Shown piece by piece: positions 36,491-46,311 of a DNA stretch of 64,000 nucleotides. A program made the position numbers and the translations under genes. The notes beneath the pieces were generated by a model. That model saw only the letters and a list, made by a program, of their open reading frames with translations, had not been told where the DNA came from and made no database searches. The first letter of the stretch is position 1. Each line of letters opens with the position of its first letter. The DNA is taken from assembly GCA_963745235.1 (NCBI GenBank), contig CAVUXE010000058.1, forward strand, positions 96,001 to 160,000, written 5' to 3'. Source of the stretch: an uncultured Spirochaetota bacterium. Its GTDB lineage: Bacteria > Spirochaetota > Spirochaetia > SZUA-6 > Fen-1364.

Positions 36491-37780
36491 ATGAACCCGC
36501 TGGCACAGGAATTGAACGCCGTCCTGGATGGAACGCGTGGCCGGGGCCCTGCTCTCCGACCTGGGCAGGCGGATCTATTTTCCCCGGGGGATAGTGGCAC
36601 AGTCCGCGGAGGCGAAAAAGCATGCCAAGCGGGCCAACGCGACGATCGGAATGGCCCTTCGAGAGGGGAAGCCGGTGTTCCTGCCGGCAATCCGGTCCTT
36701 CGTCCCGGGCTTGACCCAGAGGAGATTTTCCCTTACGCACCCACCCAGGGCGTCGAGAAGCTCAGGGAAATGTGGAAGAAGGAGATCATCCAGAAGAACC
36801 CGGACATCGGGACCACTCTCTTCTCCCTGCCCCTTGTCGTTCCTGGTCTCACTGCGGGCATCTCCACCCTCGCGGACCTGTTTGCGGGCCCCGGAGACAC
36901 CCTCGTGATTCCGGACCTGCACTGGGACAACTATCCGTTGATTTTCGAGACCAGGCGCGAAACCGCGGTTCGAACTTTTCCGTTCTATACTGAGAAGGGT
37001 GGGTTCAACGTGGAGGGCCTGCGGGCATCCTTGCGCGAGGCGGCGCCAGGCGGGAAAGTTCTCCTCCTTCTGAACTTCCCCAACAACCCCACCGGCTACT
37101 CGCCCACCCGGGACGAGGCGGCCGGTATCGTCTCCGTCATCGGGGACCTGGCGTCCTCCGGGGTCCAGTGCCTTGTCATCACGGACGACGCGTACTTCGG
37201 CCTTTTCTACGAGCCTGATATCTATCCGCAGTCCCTCTTTGCGCGGCTGTGCGGCCTGCACGAAAATGTGCTCGCCGCGAAAGTGGACGGCTCCACCAAG
37301 GAAGACCTCACGTGGGGATTCCGCACGGCGTTCATCAGCCTGGGCGCAAAGGGGCTCGCAAAGGAGCACTACGACGCCCTCACGAGCAAGCTCATGGGCG
37401 CGGTGCGCTCCACGGTCTCGAACTCCAGCGTCCTGGCCCAGAACCTGATCCTCCGCGCCATGGGAAGCCCCGACCGCCAGAAGGAGAAGGAAGAGGCGGC
37501 CGCGCTTCTGCGCGAGCGCTACCGGAAAGTGAAGTCCATCCTTTCGGGACGCGCAAGCACGGCCATCAAGCCCCTTCCTTTCAATTCCGGTTACTTCATG
37601 AGCTTCCGCCTGAACAGAGGTGATGCGGAGACGCTCCGCAAGGCGCTCCTCATGGATGAGGGAGTAGGGACGATCGCCGTGAACGAGACATGCCTTCGGG
37701 TGGCATTTTCGCAGCTGGACGTGGACAAGCTCCCGGAGGTGTTCGACCTGATCTACCGTACGGCGGAGAGGGTGCTCTAG
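36491..37780 (+). CDS. class I/II PLP-dependent aminotransferase (compensating frameshifts about 36535-36710)
   Basis: NATIGMA, LNFPNNPTGYSP, ITDDAYFG, DGSTKE..WGFR. Confidence 0.88.
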   Translation: MNPLAQELNAVLDGTRGRGPALRPGQADLFSPGDSGTVRGGEKACQAGQRDDRNGPSRGEAGVPAGNPVLRPGLDPEEIFPYAPTQGVEKLREMWKKEIIQKNPDIGTTLFSLPLVVPGLTAGISTLADLFAGPGDTLVIPDLHWDNYPLIFETRRETAVRTFPFYTEKGGFNVEGLRASLREAAPGGKVLLLLNFPNNPTGYSPTRDEAAGIVSVIGDLASSGVQCLVITDDAYFGLFYEPDIYPQSLFARLCGLHENVLAAKVDGSTKEDLTWGFRTAFISLGAKGLAKEHYDALTSKLMGAVRSTVSNSSVLAQNLILRAMGSPDRQKEKEEAAALLRERYRKVKSILSGRASTAIKPLPFNSGYFMSFRLNRGDAETLRKALLMDEGVGTIAVNETCLRVAFSQLDVDKLPEVFDLIYRTAERVL

Positions 37781-37848
37781 CCGCCGCGCCTTCCGTGCAC
37801 CCCGCGGGATGGAGTACCCGTTCGGCGAGCACGCCTTCCCGGGGAGGG

Positions 37849-38328
37849 CTACGCGTTCACCAGAAAGCGGCCGATGTCCTTCAGCTCGGGGATTCGCTCG
37901 TAGACAGGGCGCTTCTTCTCGTGGGCGTCCCGGTCGAGGTTCGTCGTCTTCATGTACAGCTCATTGATCAGGTCCGAGAGGACCCCCAGGTTCAGCGGGA
38001 AGTTCTGCGCGGCCATTTCCCGCAACACCTTGTCCGCATCATTGCCGCCATGCGAAATGATGCTCTTGAGGTTGGGGACCATCTTTGTGCGGGCCTGGTA
38101 GATGAAGTGGGCAGCGGCGATGACCATCTCGTAGAGCTCCTCGAACTGGAAGCCCTGGTTCTTGTAGTACTCTGATTTCGTCGTGAGGCTGTCCAGGCGA
38201 TCCCACTCGGACTGCGGCAGGTCCAGCATGACGAGCACCTTGCGGATGAAACGATTGGAGATGTTGTTCTGGTAATGATCTCCGATCCGCTCGATGATCT
38301 TGAAAATCTCAGGATCCTTGATATTCAC
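37849..38328 (-). CDS. hypothetical protein (159 aa, helical)
   Basis: Clean ORF with SD GAGAGG and GC3-biased codons. No recognisable motif. Confidence 0.75.
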   Translation of the reverse strand: MNIKDPEIFKIIERIGDHYQNNISNRFIRKVLVMLDLPQSEWDRLDSLTTKSEYYKNQGFQFEELYEMVIAAAHFIYQARTKMVPNLKSIISHGGNDADKVLREMAAQNFPLNLGVLSDLINELYMKTTNLDRDAHEKKRPVYERIPELKDIGRFLVNA

Positions 38329-38372
38329 GCGCAGCCTCTCGATGCAAAGGGTAGCCCATGGTCATGGCGTGG

Positions 38373-39359
38373 TCAAGGGACGGGGTTGCGCGACGGAGAG
38401 AACAGTCGTCCGTGGCGGGCGCCGCGAGCGTCCATCTCAGCGGCAAGGCGTGAGGTGAACTCCGCCTTGGACCAGAACGTCCGCGGGCTCACGACGTCCG
38501 ACGGGAGCGCATCACAGGTGATTCGCATGATCACCGTCTCCTTCGGGAGTCTTTCGATTGCCGCCAGGGTGTATTCGAGATGCCGGGACGGTCCGGGCGT
38601 GGTCACTTCCCCCATGAGCAGCTCGCGGGCCAGCAGGGTGCCTCTGGGGATCAGGAGGTTGTGGATCTTGACTCCGTCAGGGGCCAGCCCGGCAACGAGC
38701 TCCATGGTGGCCATGATCTCTGACCAGCCTTCTCCCGGCAGGCCGAAGATCAGGTGCACTCCGACTTTCAGCCCGTGGTCCTTGAGCAGGTCGAACGCGC
38801 GGCGGAAATCCTCCGACGTGTGGCCGCGCCCGATCCGGCGCAGCGTCTGGTCGTTGGCTGACTGCAGGCCCAGCTCCACCCAGACATCCAGCCCGCGCTC
38901 CCGATAGGAAGCCAGGAGCCTGGCTTTTTCTTCGTCCAGGCAATCAGGCCGGGTCGCCACGTTCAATCCGAGGAACGGGGCAAGGGAGAGGCCGGTGTCG
39001 TACACCCTGGCAAGATGGGCAACCGGCGCATTGGTGTTCGAGTAGGCCTGGAAGAAGAGGATGAAGGCCCGCGCCGCGTAGCGCTTCGACAGGAAAGAGA
39101 TTCCTCTTTCCACCTGGGAGGCGAGGCTCTCCCGGCTGCCGGGCCGCGCCGCCTGTGCGCAGCCCGGGATGACTGCGCCGCGGACATTCAGGTACGGAGC
39201 CCGTGAGCCATCCACGGCACAATAGCTGCAGCCGCCGGAGGAACGGCCGTCTTTCCTGTTCGGGCACGAGAAGCCCGCGTCGACGGCAACGCGGTACACG
39301 ACGCACCCGTAACGCTGGCGCAGGTAGTGGGAGTAGGTGAGATAGGGAGGTTCGCTCAC
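38373..39359 (-). CDS. radical SAM protein, YhcC/TIGR01212-like
   Basis: DAGFSCPNR..G....GCSYC, FQAYSNT, ATRPDCL, ELGLQSAN, GVKIHNL. Confidence 0.88.
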   Translation of the reverse strand: MSEPPYLTYSHYLRQRYGCVVYRVAVDAGFSCPNRKDGRSSGGCSYCAVDGSRAPYLNVRGAVIPGCAQAARPGSRESLASQVERGISFLSKRYAARAFILFFQAYSNTNAPVAHLARVYDTGLSLAPFLGLNVATRPDCLDEEKARLLASYRERGLDVWVELGLQSANDQTLRRIGRGHTSEDFRRAFDLLKDHGLKVGVHLIFGLPGEGWSEIMATMELVAGLAPDGVKIHNLLIPRGTLLARELLMGEVTTPGPSRHLEYTLAAIERLPKETVIMRITCDALPSDVVSPRTFWSKAEFTSRLAAEMDARGARHGRLFSPSRNPVP

Positions 39360-39378
39360 GAAGGCAGTCCCGCGGGTG

Positions 39379-39430
39379 AGCGTAGCAGAAGAGGGCGCGT
39401 GTTGACAACGGCGGCTTGCCTCCATACAGT
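39379..39430. promoter_or_regulatory. candidate bidirectional promoter with overlapping -35 elements (GTTGACAAC)
   Basis: Plus: TTGACA(39402)-17-TACAGT. Minus: TTGTCA-18-TACGCT(39379-39384). Confidence 0.5.
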
Positions 39431-39439
39431 CTGGGCCAC

Positions 39440-40690
39440 ATGAACACTTTGCGCCGCGCCCGTCGGTCAGCTCTTGTCCTGGCGGCGGTGTGCGCGCTGC
39501 TCCTCGGGTGCGGCCTGATCCCCGAGCCGGGTGTCAGGATGATCACGGACAGGGCAGAGATGGCCGCCTACGTTGATCGCTTCAACGCCCTGCAGTCCGA
39601 TGTGAGGGTGGAGCTCGCGTACAGCGAGGCCCCGTTCCAGTCCGTGCTTGACGGGGCGCAGGCGGACCTCGTGGTGGGTGAGTGGCTTGCCAGCCCGGCT
39701 GTCCTGGACCGCTTCGATTCGCTCGGAGACCTCGTGAAGCCCGGAAGGATCGAGCCGTCATGGTTCTACGCGGGCCTGCTCGCCATGGGATCTCGGGACA
39801 ACCGGCCCGTCCTGATCCCCATTTCCTACAGCCTGCCTGCCGTTGTGTTCTTCAAGCCCGCCATGCAGGCGGAGCTCTCCAGCATGTTCATGCCTCTGGA
39901 TACTCTTCGGTCCCTGTCTCGTGCCTTCAACACGCCCGGGAAATCCGGGGGCTTTACCGCCATGGGTTTCTCACCGTTCTGGTACCCTGACTTCATCGAC
40001 GCCGCGGCGCTCCTTTTCGGTGCGCGTTTTCGACCCGGCCGGAACGGTCTTCCCGCGTGGGACCAGGAAGGGCTCACCCGGACGGTGGACCTTGCGCGCG
40101 CATGGCTTGCCGAGGCGAACGGGGGAGCCACGGCAGATGACGAGTTCTGGGCGCGAAACCACGTTCAGCCCTGGTACAAGCTCCTCACGGGGAAAAAGAT
40201 CCTCTTCGCTCTCACCTCCTTCACTGACTACTTCGCCCTGCCGGAAGAGAAACGGAGGGATCTCGATTTCCGGTGGCTGTCGCAGGGCAGCTCGATTCCC
40301 GTCAGGCCGGATGTCCTGTTCGCCGGCGTCCTGCGCTCATCCAGGAACAAGGGCGGCGCCAGGGCTTTCCTGGAATGGTTTTGCAGCCCGTCCGTCCAGC
40401 GGACGCTCCTGGACGTGAACCAGTCACGGAGAATAGGGGTTTTCGGCGTTACGGACGGATTTTCCTCCTTTAAGACCATAAATGAGCGTGAATTGCCCCA
40501 GAAGTACCCCTTTCTCCTTGGCCATATCCCGTCAGAATCCATCCTCGCTTTCCCCGACATGCTCCCGGACAACTGGCTCGCCGTTCGGGACCAGGTCATC
40601 AGGCCCTGGATTCACCAGAGTGCATCGGGAGCCGAGGATCAATCCCTGGAGAGCAAGCTGGACGACTGGGTGAAGGTCACGAAAAAGTGA
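39440..40690 (+). CDS. extracellular solute-binding lipoprotein (sugar ABC family 1-like)
   Basis: Lipobox LLGC, ADLVVG, IPISYSLPAVVF, ARAFLEWFCSPSVQ. Precedes an ABC ATPase. Confidence 0.7.
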   Translation: MNTLRRARRSALVLAAVCALLLGCGLIPEPGVRMITDRAEMAAYVDRFNALQSDVRVELAYSEAPFQSVLDGAQADLVVGEWLASPAVLDRFDSLGDLVKPGRIEPSWFYAGLLAMGSRDNRPVLIPISYSLPAVVFFKPAMQAELSSMFMPLDTLRSLSRAFNTPGKSGGFTAMGFSPFWYPDFIDAAALLFGARFRPGRNGLPAWDQEGLTRTVDLARAWLAEANGGATADDEFWARNHVQPWYKLLTGKKILFALTSFTDYFALPEEKRRDLDFRWLSQGSSIPVRPDVLFAGVLRSSRNKGGARAFLEWFCSPSVQRTLLDVNQSRRIGVFGVTDGFSSFKTINERELPQKYPFLLGHIPSESILAFPDMLPDNWLAVRDQVIRPWIHQSASGAEDQSLESKLDDWVKVTKK

Positions 40691-40720
40691 GGCCGTGGGC
40701 CTCGCTCGGCCAAATATTCA

Positions 40721-40750
40721 TTGACAATACCGGCGGCGGTCATTTATCAT
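40721..40750 (+). promoter_or_regulatory. candidate sigma70 promoter for the ABC ATPase
   Basis: TTGACA-18 nt-TATCAT, then SD GGAGG. Confidence 0.55.
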
Positions 40751-40785
40751 CTCAATCATAAGATAATCCAACCGGGAGGTTGCCA

Positions 40786-41885
40786 ATGGCGACAGTAGAG
40801 TTACGAAACATCACAAAGGTCTATGAAGGCGGCGTCAAGGCGGTCGACAGCGCCAACCTGACGATCAACGACAAGGAGTTCGTCGTTCTGGTCGGGCCGT
40901 CGGGCTGCGGCAAGACCACGACCCTGCGAATGGTCGCGGGTCTGGAGGAGATCTCCGCGGGCGAGCTGTACATCGACGGGAAGCTGATGAACGACGTGGC
41001 GCCCAAGGACAGGGACATCGCCATGGTGTTCCAGAACTACGCCTTGTACCCGCACATGACCGTCTACGACAACATGGCCTTCGGTCTGAAGATCCGCAAG
41101 TATCCCAAGGCGGAGATCAACACGCGCGTCCACGAGGCGGCGCAGATCCTCGACATCGAGGAGCTCCTGGACCGCAAGCCCAAGGCCCTCTCGGGCGGCC
41201 AGAGGCAGCGCGTCGCGGTGGGCCGCGCCATCGTGCGCAAGCCCAAGGTCTTCCTCTTCGACGAGCCCCTGTCCAACCTGGATGCCAAGCTGAGGGTGCA
41301 GATGAGGGCCGAGCTCTCCGCGCTCCACCACAGGCTGCAGGCCACCATGATCTACGTGACCCACGACCAGATGGAGGCCATGACCATGGGAGACCGGATC
41401 GTCGTGCTCAAGGACGGGATCATCCAGCAGATCGGCACCCCGCTGGGCCTGTACAACACGCCGGTCAACAGGTTCGTTGCCGGCTTCATCGGGTCGCCCC
41501 CCATGAACTTCATCAAGGTCAGCCTGAAGATCGGAGGGCGGCAAGCTGTTCGCGGACGAGGGCAGCTTCCGGATGGAGCTCACTCCCGCAGCAGGCTGAG
41601 ACCCTCCGCAACTACGCCGGCAAGGACGCCATCTTCGGGATCCGGCCTGAAGACCTGGTGTACTCGGAGGCTCCGGACAGCACCAACAACATCCCCACGA
41701 AGGTCGAGGTCATCGAGCCCCTGGGATCAGAGATCCACCTCTGGGTGAGCACGCAGAACAACCAGCTCGTGGCGCAGAGTTCGCGCCCCGGTTCGCCTTC
41801 CACATCGGGAGACACGGCGAACCTCCGCCCGGATCTCGCCAAGATCCACTTCTTCGACCTGGAGACCGAAAAGGCCATCTTTTAA
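40786..41885 (+). CDS. MalK/MsmX/UgpC-family sugar ABC ATPase (frameshifts in the 3' third)
   Basis: [39 protein letters not shown], and TOBE segments GIRPED and VIEPLGSE. Confidence 0.93.
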
Positions 41886-41919
41886 GAAAAACCGGCCTTT
41901 CAAGGCCGGTTTTTTTCTT
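41884..41919. terminator. bidirectional intrinsic terminator
   Basis: AAAAACCGGCCTT-TC-AAGGCCGGTTTTTTT between convergent genes. Confidence 0.85.
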
Positions 41920-41930
41920 CTCCCATCCCC

Positions 41931-43092
41931 TTACATAAGCGCAAATATCTTCCACTGCCCGTTGTCGTTCACGAAGTAGTAACGCTGCCGGGCGGTCCAG
42001 AACGGAAGCATCCTGGACAGGTCCGATTTCGCCTGGACACTGAGGGAATAGACCGTCCCGCTGACGCCGGCCACCGGGCTCTGCGCGTGCTCGACGAAGG
42101 CGTTGTCCATGTCAACGGCATCCCCGACCTGGGCGGCGCCAAAGTCTCCATTTTCGAGCGAGCCTTCCAGGGAGGTCTTCAGCTCCGCCCTCGTCACCGC
42201 CTGGCGGAGCCGCAGGAAGGTGATGCTGTCAGTCATGGAGGTGAGCGCTCCATCCGCGTCCTTCTTCAGCAAGGCCCCGAGCCAGCCGCCGAAGGTGTCC
42301 ATGATTGCCTTGCTTGCCTCCGCTTCAGCAGCTCCCGCGGCGGCAGGCGGAGAGCTTCCGGGGGGAGCGGCCTGCGGCTTCCAGGTGAGCGGAGGAGGGC
42401 TCTGCCCGATGGCGAATATGTACCACTCACCGGCAACCCTGTGGATGGAGAACTGCTGCTTCGGTTCCCAGAAGGCGAGGTACTGCGAATAGTCCGCCCG
42501 CGAGTCCACGCGCAGCGTGTATGCATCTCCCCACACGGCGCTCATGGCTGGAGGCATGCGCTGGACAGCGACGCTGTTCAGGTCATACAGGTCGGACGGC
42601 GTCTTGCCCGCAAGGGGGACGGCAGAAAAAAACTGCTCGAGCGCTGATTTCGCGTCGGACCGCGAGATCTCCGCGCCTGTCTTCGTCAGGTACACCGAGC
42701 CGTCCATGAACTCCGTGGCAGCCGCCGCATCGGAGTCCAGCATCGCGCCAATGAATCTGAGGAAAAAGGAGTTTAGGGACTGCACCGGCACTTCTGCCGC
42801 TCCTCCGCCGATGGGGGAAGCGCCCCCTCGCGCCAGGAGCTCGGCTGCTGACGGCATGGCCTGGTCCCTGATGGCCGTTGGATCAAGCTGCGGGTCGATG
42901 ATGCGGGCAAGCTGCATGAGCTCCCTGCCCTTGTCAGCCTTGCCGACAGTCTGGTACTGCCTGCCGGCGAGCCAGTACGCCTGGGCAATGGCCTGACGGT
43001 CCTTCTCATTGTCAGTTTTTCCAGAATTGCGCCCAGAGGGCACCCGCGGCGAAAACGAGCACCATTGCGGAAATGATGAGCTTGTTTCTCAT
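41931..43092 (-). CDS. secreted hypothetical protein with a tandemly duplicated ~125-aa domain (frameshift near 43020)
   Basis: SD GAGGAGG, signal peptide MRNKLIISAMVLVFAAGALWA, TPR-like helix pair, two repeats ending FW...W.IFA. Confidence 0.75.
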
Positions 43093-43129
43093 GGGACGCC
43101 TCCTCGACGAGGGAAAAGCAATCAGCGAT

Positions 43130-43182
43130 AGTCTACACACATCCCGCTCGAGTTGACAACCCGGTTTGGGCGCTGGTACACT
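43130..43182. promoter_or_regulatory. candidate bidirectional promoter with overlapping -35 elements (GTTGACAAC)
   Basis: Plus: TTGACA(43153)-18-TACACT. Minus: TTGTCA-18-TAGACT(43130-43135). Confidence 0.5.
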
Positions 43183-43242
43183 TGCCGGACGCGACGGTGA
43201 GCCGTCCTGTGGGACGGATGTGCTGTCGGGAGGAGGCAGAAA

Positions 43243-44848
43243 ATGTCACGTCCCCTGCAGCTGTGCGCCATTGCCCGGGTTTGCCGTCCTGCTCGCCGCT
43301 TGTCCGTCAACGCCCAAGCCGCCGGAGAGCACCGTTGCGCCTCCCACCTTCAGCCCGGCGGAGGGCACGTACACCGAAGCCCAGACAGTGGCCATTTCCA
43401 CCGCGACGGAAGGCGCTGAAATCCGCTATACGACTGACTCATCCGAGCCCACCGCTTCAACGGGCGCACCATACTCGGGCCCGGTGGCGGTCTCATCCAC
43501 GACGACCATCAAGGCTATTGCTTTCAAGAAGGGCTTCAAGGACTCAGAGGTGGCGAGCGCCACCTTCACCATCAGCGCCTCACAGACAAAGCCGCCCGAA
43601 GTCAGCCCCGTGACGGATGAAGAGGTGGCCGCCGCCCAGAACGCCATTGCCCGCGCCCGGGAAGTGGACGCGGACTACTACGACGCGGATAATTTCGACG
43701 CGGCCAGGCGGCTCCTGGACTCCGCCCTCGCCGTCCGCACAAGTGACCCGGCCACGGCCCACGCGCAGCTGGCGGAGGCCAAGGCAAAGGCTGACCTTTC
43801 CTTCGACAATTCCGTGTCCCGGTCAGCGGATGAGCTTGGAGCACGGATGGCGGCCCTGAAACAGAAGCTGCTCGACATCGGGGCTGACAAGTACGCCCCG
43901 GATGATTTCCAGAGCTCGACCGCCGGGATTGATGAAGCCAGGGACCTGTTCGCAAAGAAAGACTACTCCGCGGCCCGCGCCCGCGCATGGCAGGCCTTGA
44001 AGGAAATGGCGGATCTTCGAAACCGCCTGGAGACCCGCCTGGATGCCCTGCAGGCCCTCAGGTACAACCTCGAGCAGGAGATGAAGGAGGCGGAATCCAC
44101 AAACGCCTATTCATACGCCCCGGCCCAGAAGGATACGGTCACCGGCATGTACCTGCAGGGGCTGCAGGCCCAGCAGGAATACAAGCTGGACCAGGCGGAA
44201 GAGAGCTTCGGCGCCGCCCTCGAAGCGGCCAGGGAGGTCCTGCGGATTGCGAAGGCTGCCCGTGACGCGCAGGAGGCCGACCAGAAGCAGAAGGCGGAGG
44301 AGAGGCAGGCCCAGGTCATGAAGGCCCTTCAGGATGCCTCACGGCTCACGGTTGTCACGGAAGACGGCACTGTCATCCAGCCGAAGAACTGGACAGAGGA
44401 TGATTTCCTCAAGGAAATCGACCAGATGCAGAAGGAAGAGGAGCAGCAGCAGAAGAGCACCGCTCCGGGCGGCCAGTCCATGGTGATCCCCAGGGGAGGG
44501 ACCACGGTGGTCCTTGCTGAAGAGACCGTGGAAGACCTGCTCAACCAGGCCCGGGAACTCTGGAGCCTCGGGTTGAAGGAGAAGCTGGCCGGCAACTACG
44601 CCAAGGCGCAGGACTACTTCGACGAGGCCCTGCGGTACATCGATATCTACAAGTCGTATGCGGTCAAGGGCGTCTACACCGTCCGCCTCATTCCCGAAAG
44701 ACGAGACTGCCTGTGGCGGATAGCGGAATACCAGGATATCTACGGGGACCCGTACCAGTGGCCGAAGATCTGGCGGCGCAACCGCAAGCTCATCCAGAAC
44801 CCGGACCTGATCTTCCCGGGCTGGCAGCTGGTCATACCGCCCCGGTAG
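43243..44848 (+). CDS. lipoprotein with chitobiase/Fn3-associated domain, helical repeats and C-terminal LysM (early frameshift)
   Basis: SD GGAGGAGG, lipobox LAAC, PTFSPAEGTY...IRYTTD.SEPT, DCLWRIA...IYGDPYQWPKIW..N...NPDLIFPG. Confidence 0.85.
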
Positions 44849-44874
44849 CGCAGCCGGGGGCGCCGCCACAGGGC

Positions 44875-46230
44875 TCACTGAACCGCAGCGTATCTCCTGA
44901 TCTTCTCCGTGAGCTCGCCTGTCCTGGCCGCAAGCCCGTCTTCCGTTGCGGCTTCGACCACCAGGCGAAGGAGAGGCTCGGTGTTCGACACGCGCAGGTT
45001 GAACCACCAGTCGGGGAAGTCGATCCTGATGCCATCCAGGTCGGTGAGCGTTCCTGACGTATAGTCTTCCCTGACTTTCTCCAGAACTCCGGCCCCGTTG
45101 GGAACGGTGAAGTTGATCTCTCCGGAGAAGAAGTACTTTCGGATCCCTGACAGCAGGGAAGAGAACCGCTTTCCGCTTTTCGAGAGCACCTCCAGGACGA
45201 TCATGGCCGCGATCATTCCCGAGTCGCAGAAGTAGTTCTCCCGGAAGTAGTAATGGCCGGCAAGCTCCCCGCCCAGGATTCCCTTCGTTTCCCGGAGCAG
45301 CTTCTTTGCGTAGGAGTGCCCGACCTTGCAGATCCTCGGGTCCGCCCCGAGCCCGCTCAGGTACTCCACGACCGCGCGCGAGCTGCGAACGTCGTAGGTG
45401 GCCACGCGTGAACCGCCGGCAAGCCTTTGCGGATGCTCGCGGAAGTAGTAGTCACCCAGGAGGCCGATGATCAGGTCAGGAGAAACAAAGCGCCCGGTCT
45501 CATCGATGAACATGACGCGGTCGGCGTCTCCGTCGAAACAGATTCCCAGGGAGGCGTCCTGCCGGACAACCTCCTTCTTCAGAGCTTCCAGGTTCTTCTC
45601 TTCCAGCGGGTTGGGCGCGTGGTTGGGAAAACGTCCGTCCGGCTCGTCGAAGATGAAGCGGAAGTCTCCTCCGGCCGGTGCAAGGAGGTCGTGCAGGAAG
45701 ATCCCCGCCATTCCATTGGAGCAGTCGATGACGACGCGAAGCCCCGGCAGCTGCGTTCGAAACTTTGCCAGGTGAGAAAGATAGTCCCCGCGGATGTCGA
45801 GGGGTCGAACCACCCCGGGGTGATCCGCGCGCGGGGGATCCGCGTCTCGGAGCGATCCCTCCAGCTGAGCCAGGCCGGTATCGAATCCCACGGGGACGGC
45901 CTCCCTGCGCGAGACTTTCAGTCCATTGTACTCGGGGGGATTGTGTGACGCGGTGATCATCACGCTCCCGTCCAGGCCGTAGAAGGCCGTGGCGAAATAC
46001 ACCGCGGGAGTGTCGCACAGCCCGATGTCCTCCACATCGCAGCCGGCCTCCGTGATGCCGCGGGTGAGTGATTCGAAGATCTCCGGGGAGGAGAGCCTCA
46101 CGTCGCGGCCCACTCCCATGCGCCGCGCACCGATCAGGGCGGGGAGCCGAAGGCCGATGCCGTGCGCCGTCGCGGCGTCCCATTCTTTTCCATACACACC
46201 ACGTATGTCGTACGATTTGAAGACGCCCAT
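44875..46230 (-). CDS. phosphomannomutase/phosphoglucomutase
   Basis: YDIRG, TASHNP, DGDADR, GELAGH, RVSNTEP. Confidence 0.95.
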   Translation of the reverse strand: MGVFKSYDIRGVYGKEWDAATAHGIGLRLPALIGARRMGVGRDVRLSSPEIFESLTRGITEAGCDVEDIGLCDTPAVYFATAFYGLDGSVMITASHNPPEYNGLKVSRREAVPVGFDTGLAQLEGSLRDADPPRADHPGVVRPLDIRGDYLSHLAKFRTQLPGLRVVIDCSNGMAGIFLHDLLAPAGGDFRFIFDEPDGRFPNHAPNPLEEKNLEALKKEVVRQDASLGICFDGDADRVMFIDETGRFVSPDLIIGLLGDYYFREHPQRLAGGSRVATYDVRSSRAVVEYLSGLGADPRICKVGHSYAKKLLRETKGILGGELAGHYYFRENYFCDSGMIAAMIVLEVLSKSGKRFSSLLSGIRKYFFSGEINFTVPNGAGVLEKVREDYTSGTLTDLDGIRIDFPDWWFNLRVSNTEPLLRLVVEAATEDGLAARTGELTEKIRRYAAVQ

Positions 46231-46237
46231 GTGTGGG

Positions 46238-46289
46238 AATGTAGCCGGTATTGGCTGCCCTGTACACCGCCGATCATTTTCACTACGAT
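46238..46289. promoter_or_regulatory. candidate bidirectional promoter sharing the palindromic hexamer TGTACA
   Basis: TGTACA (46261-46266) lies exactly 17 nt from TACGAT on the plus strand and from TACATT on the minus strand. Confidence 0.55.
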
Positions 46290-46311
46290 CTGAGCCCCGA
46301 AGGAGCGACGA

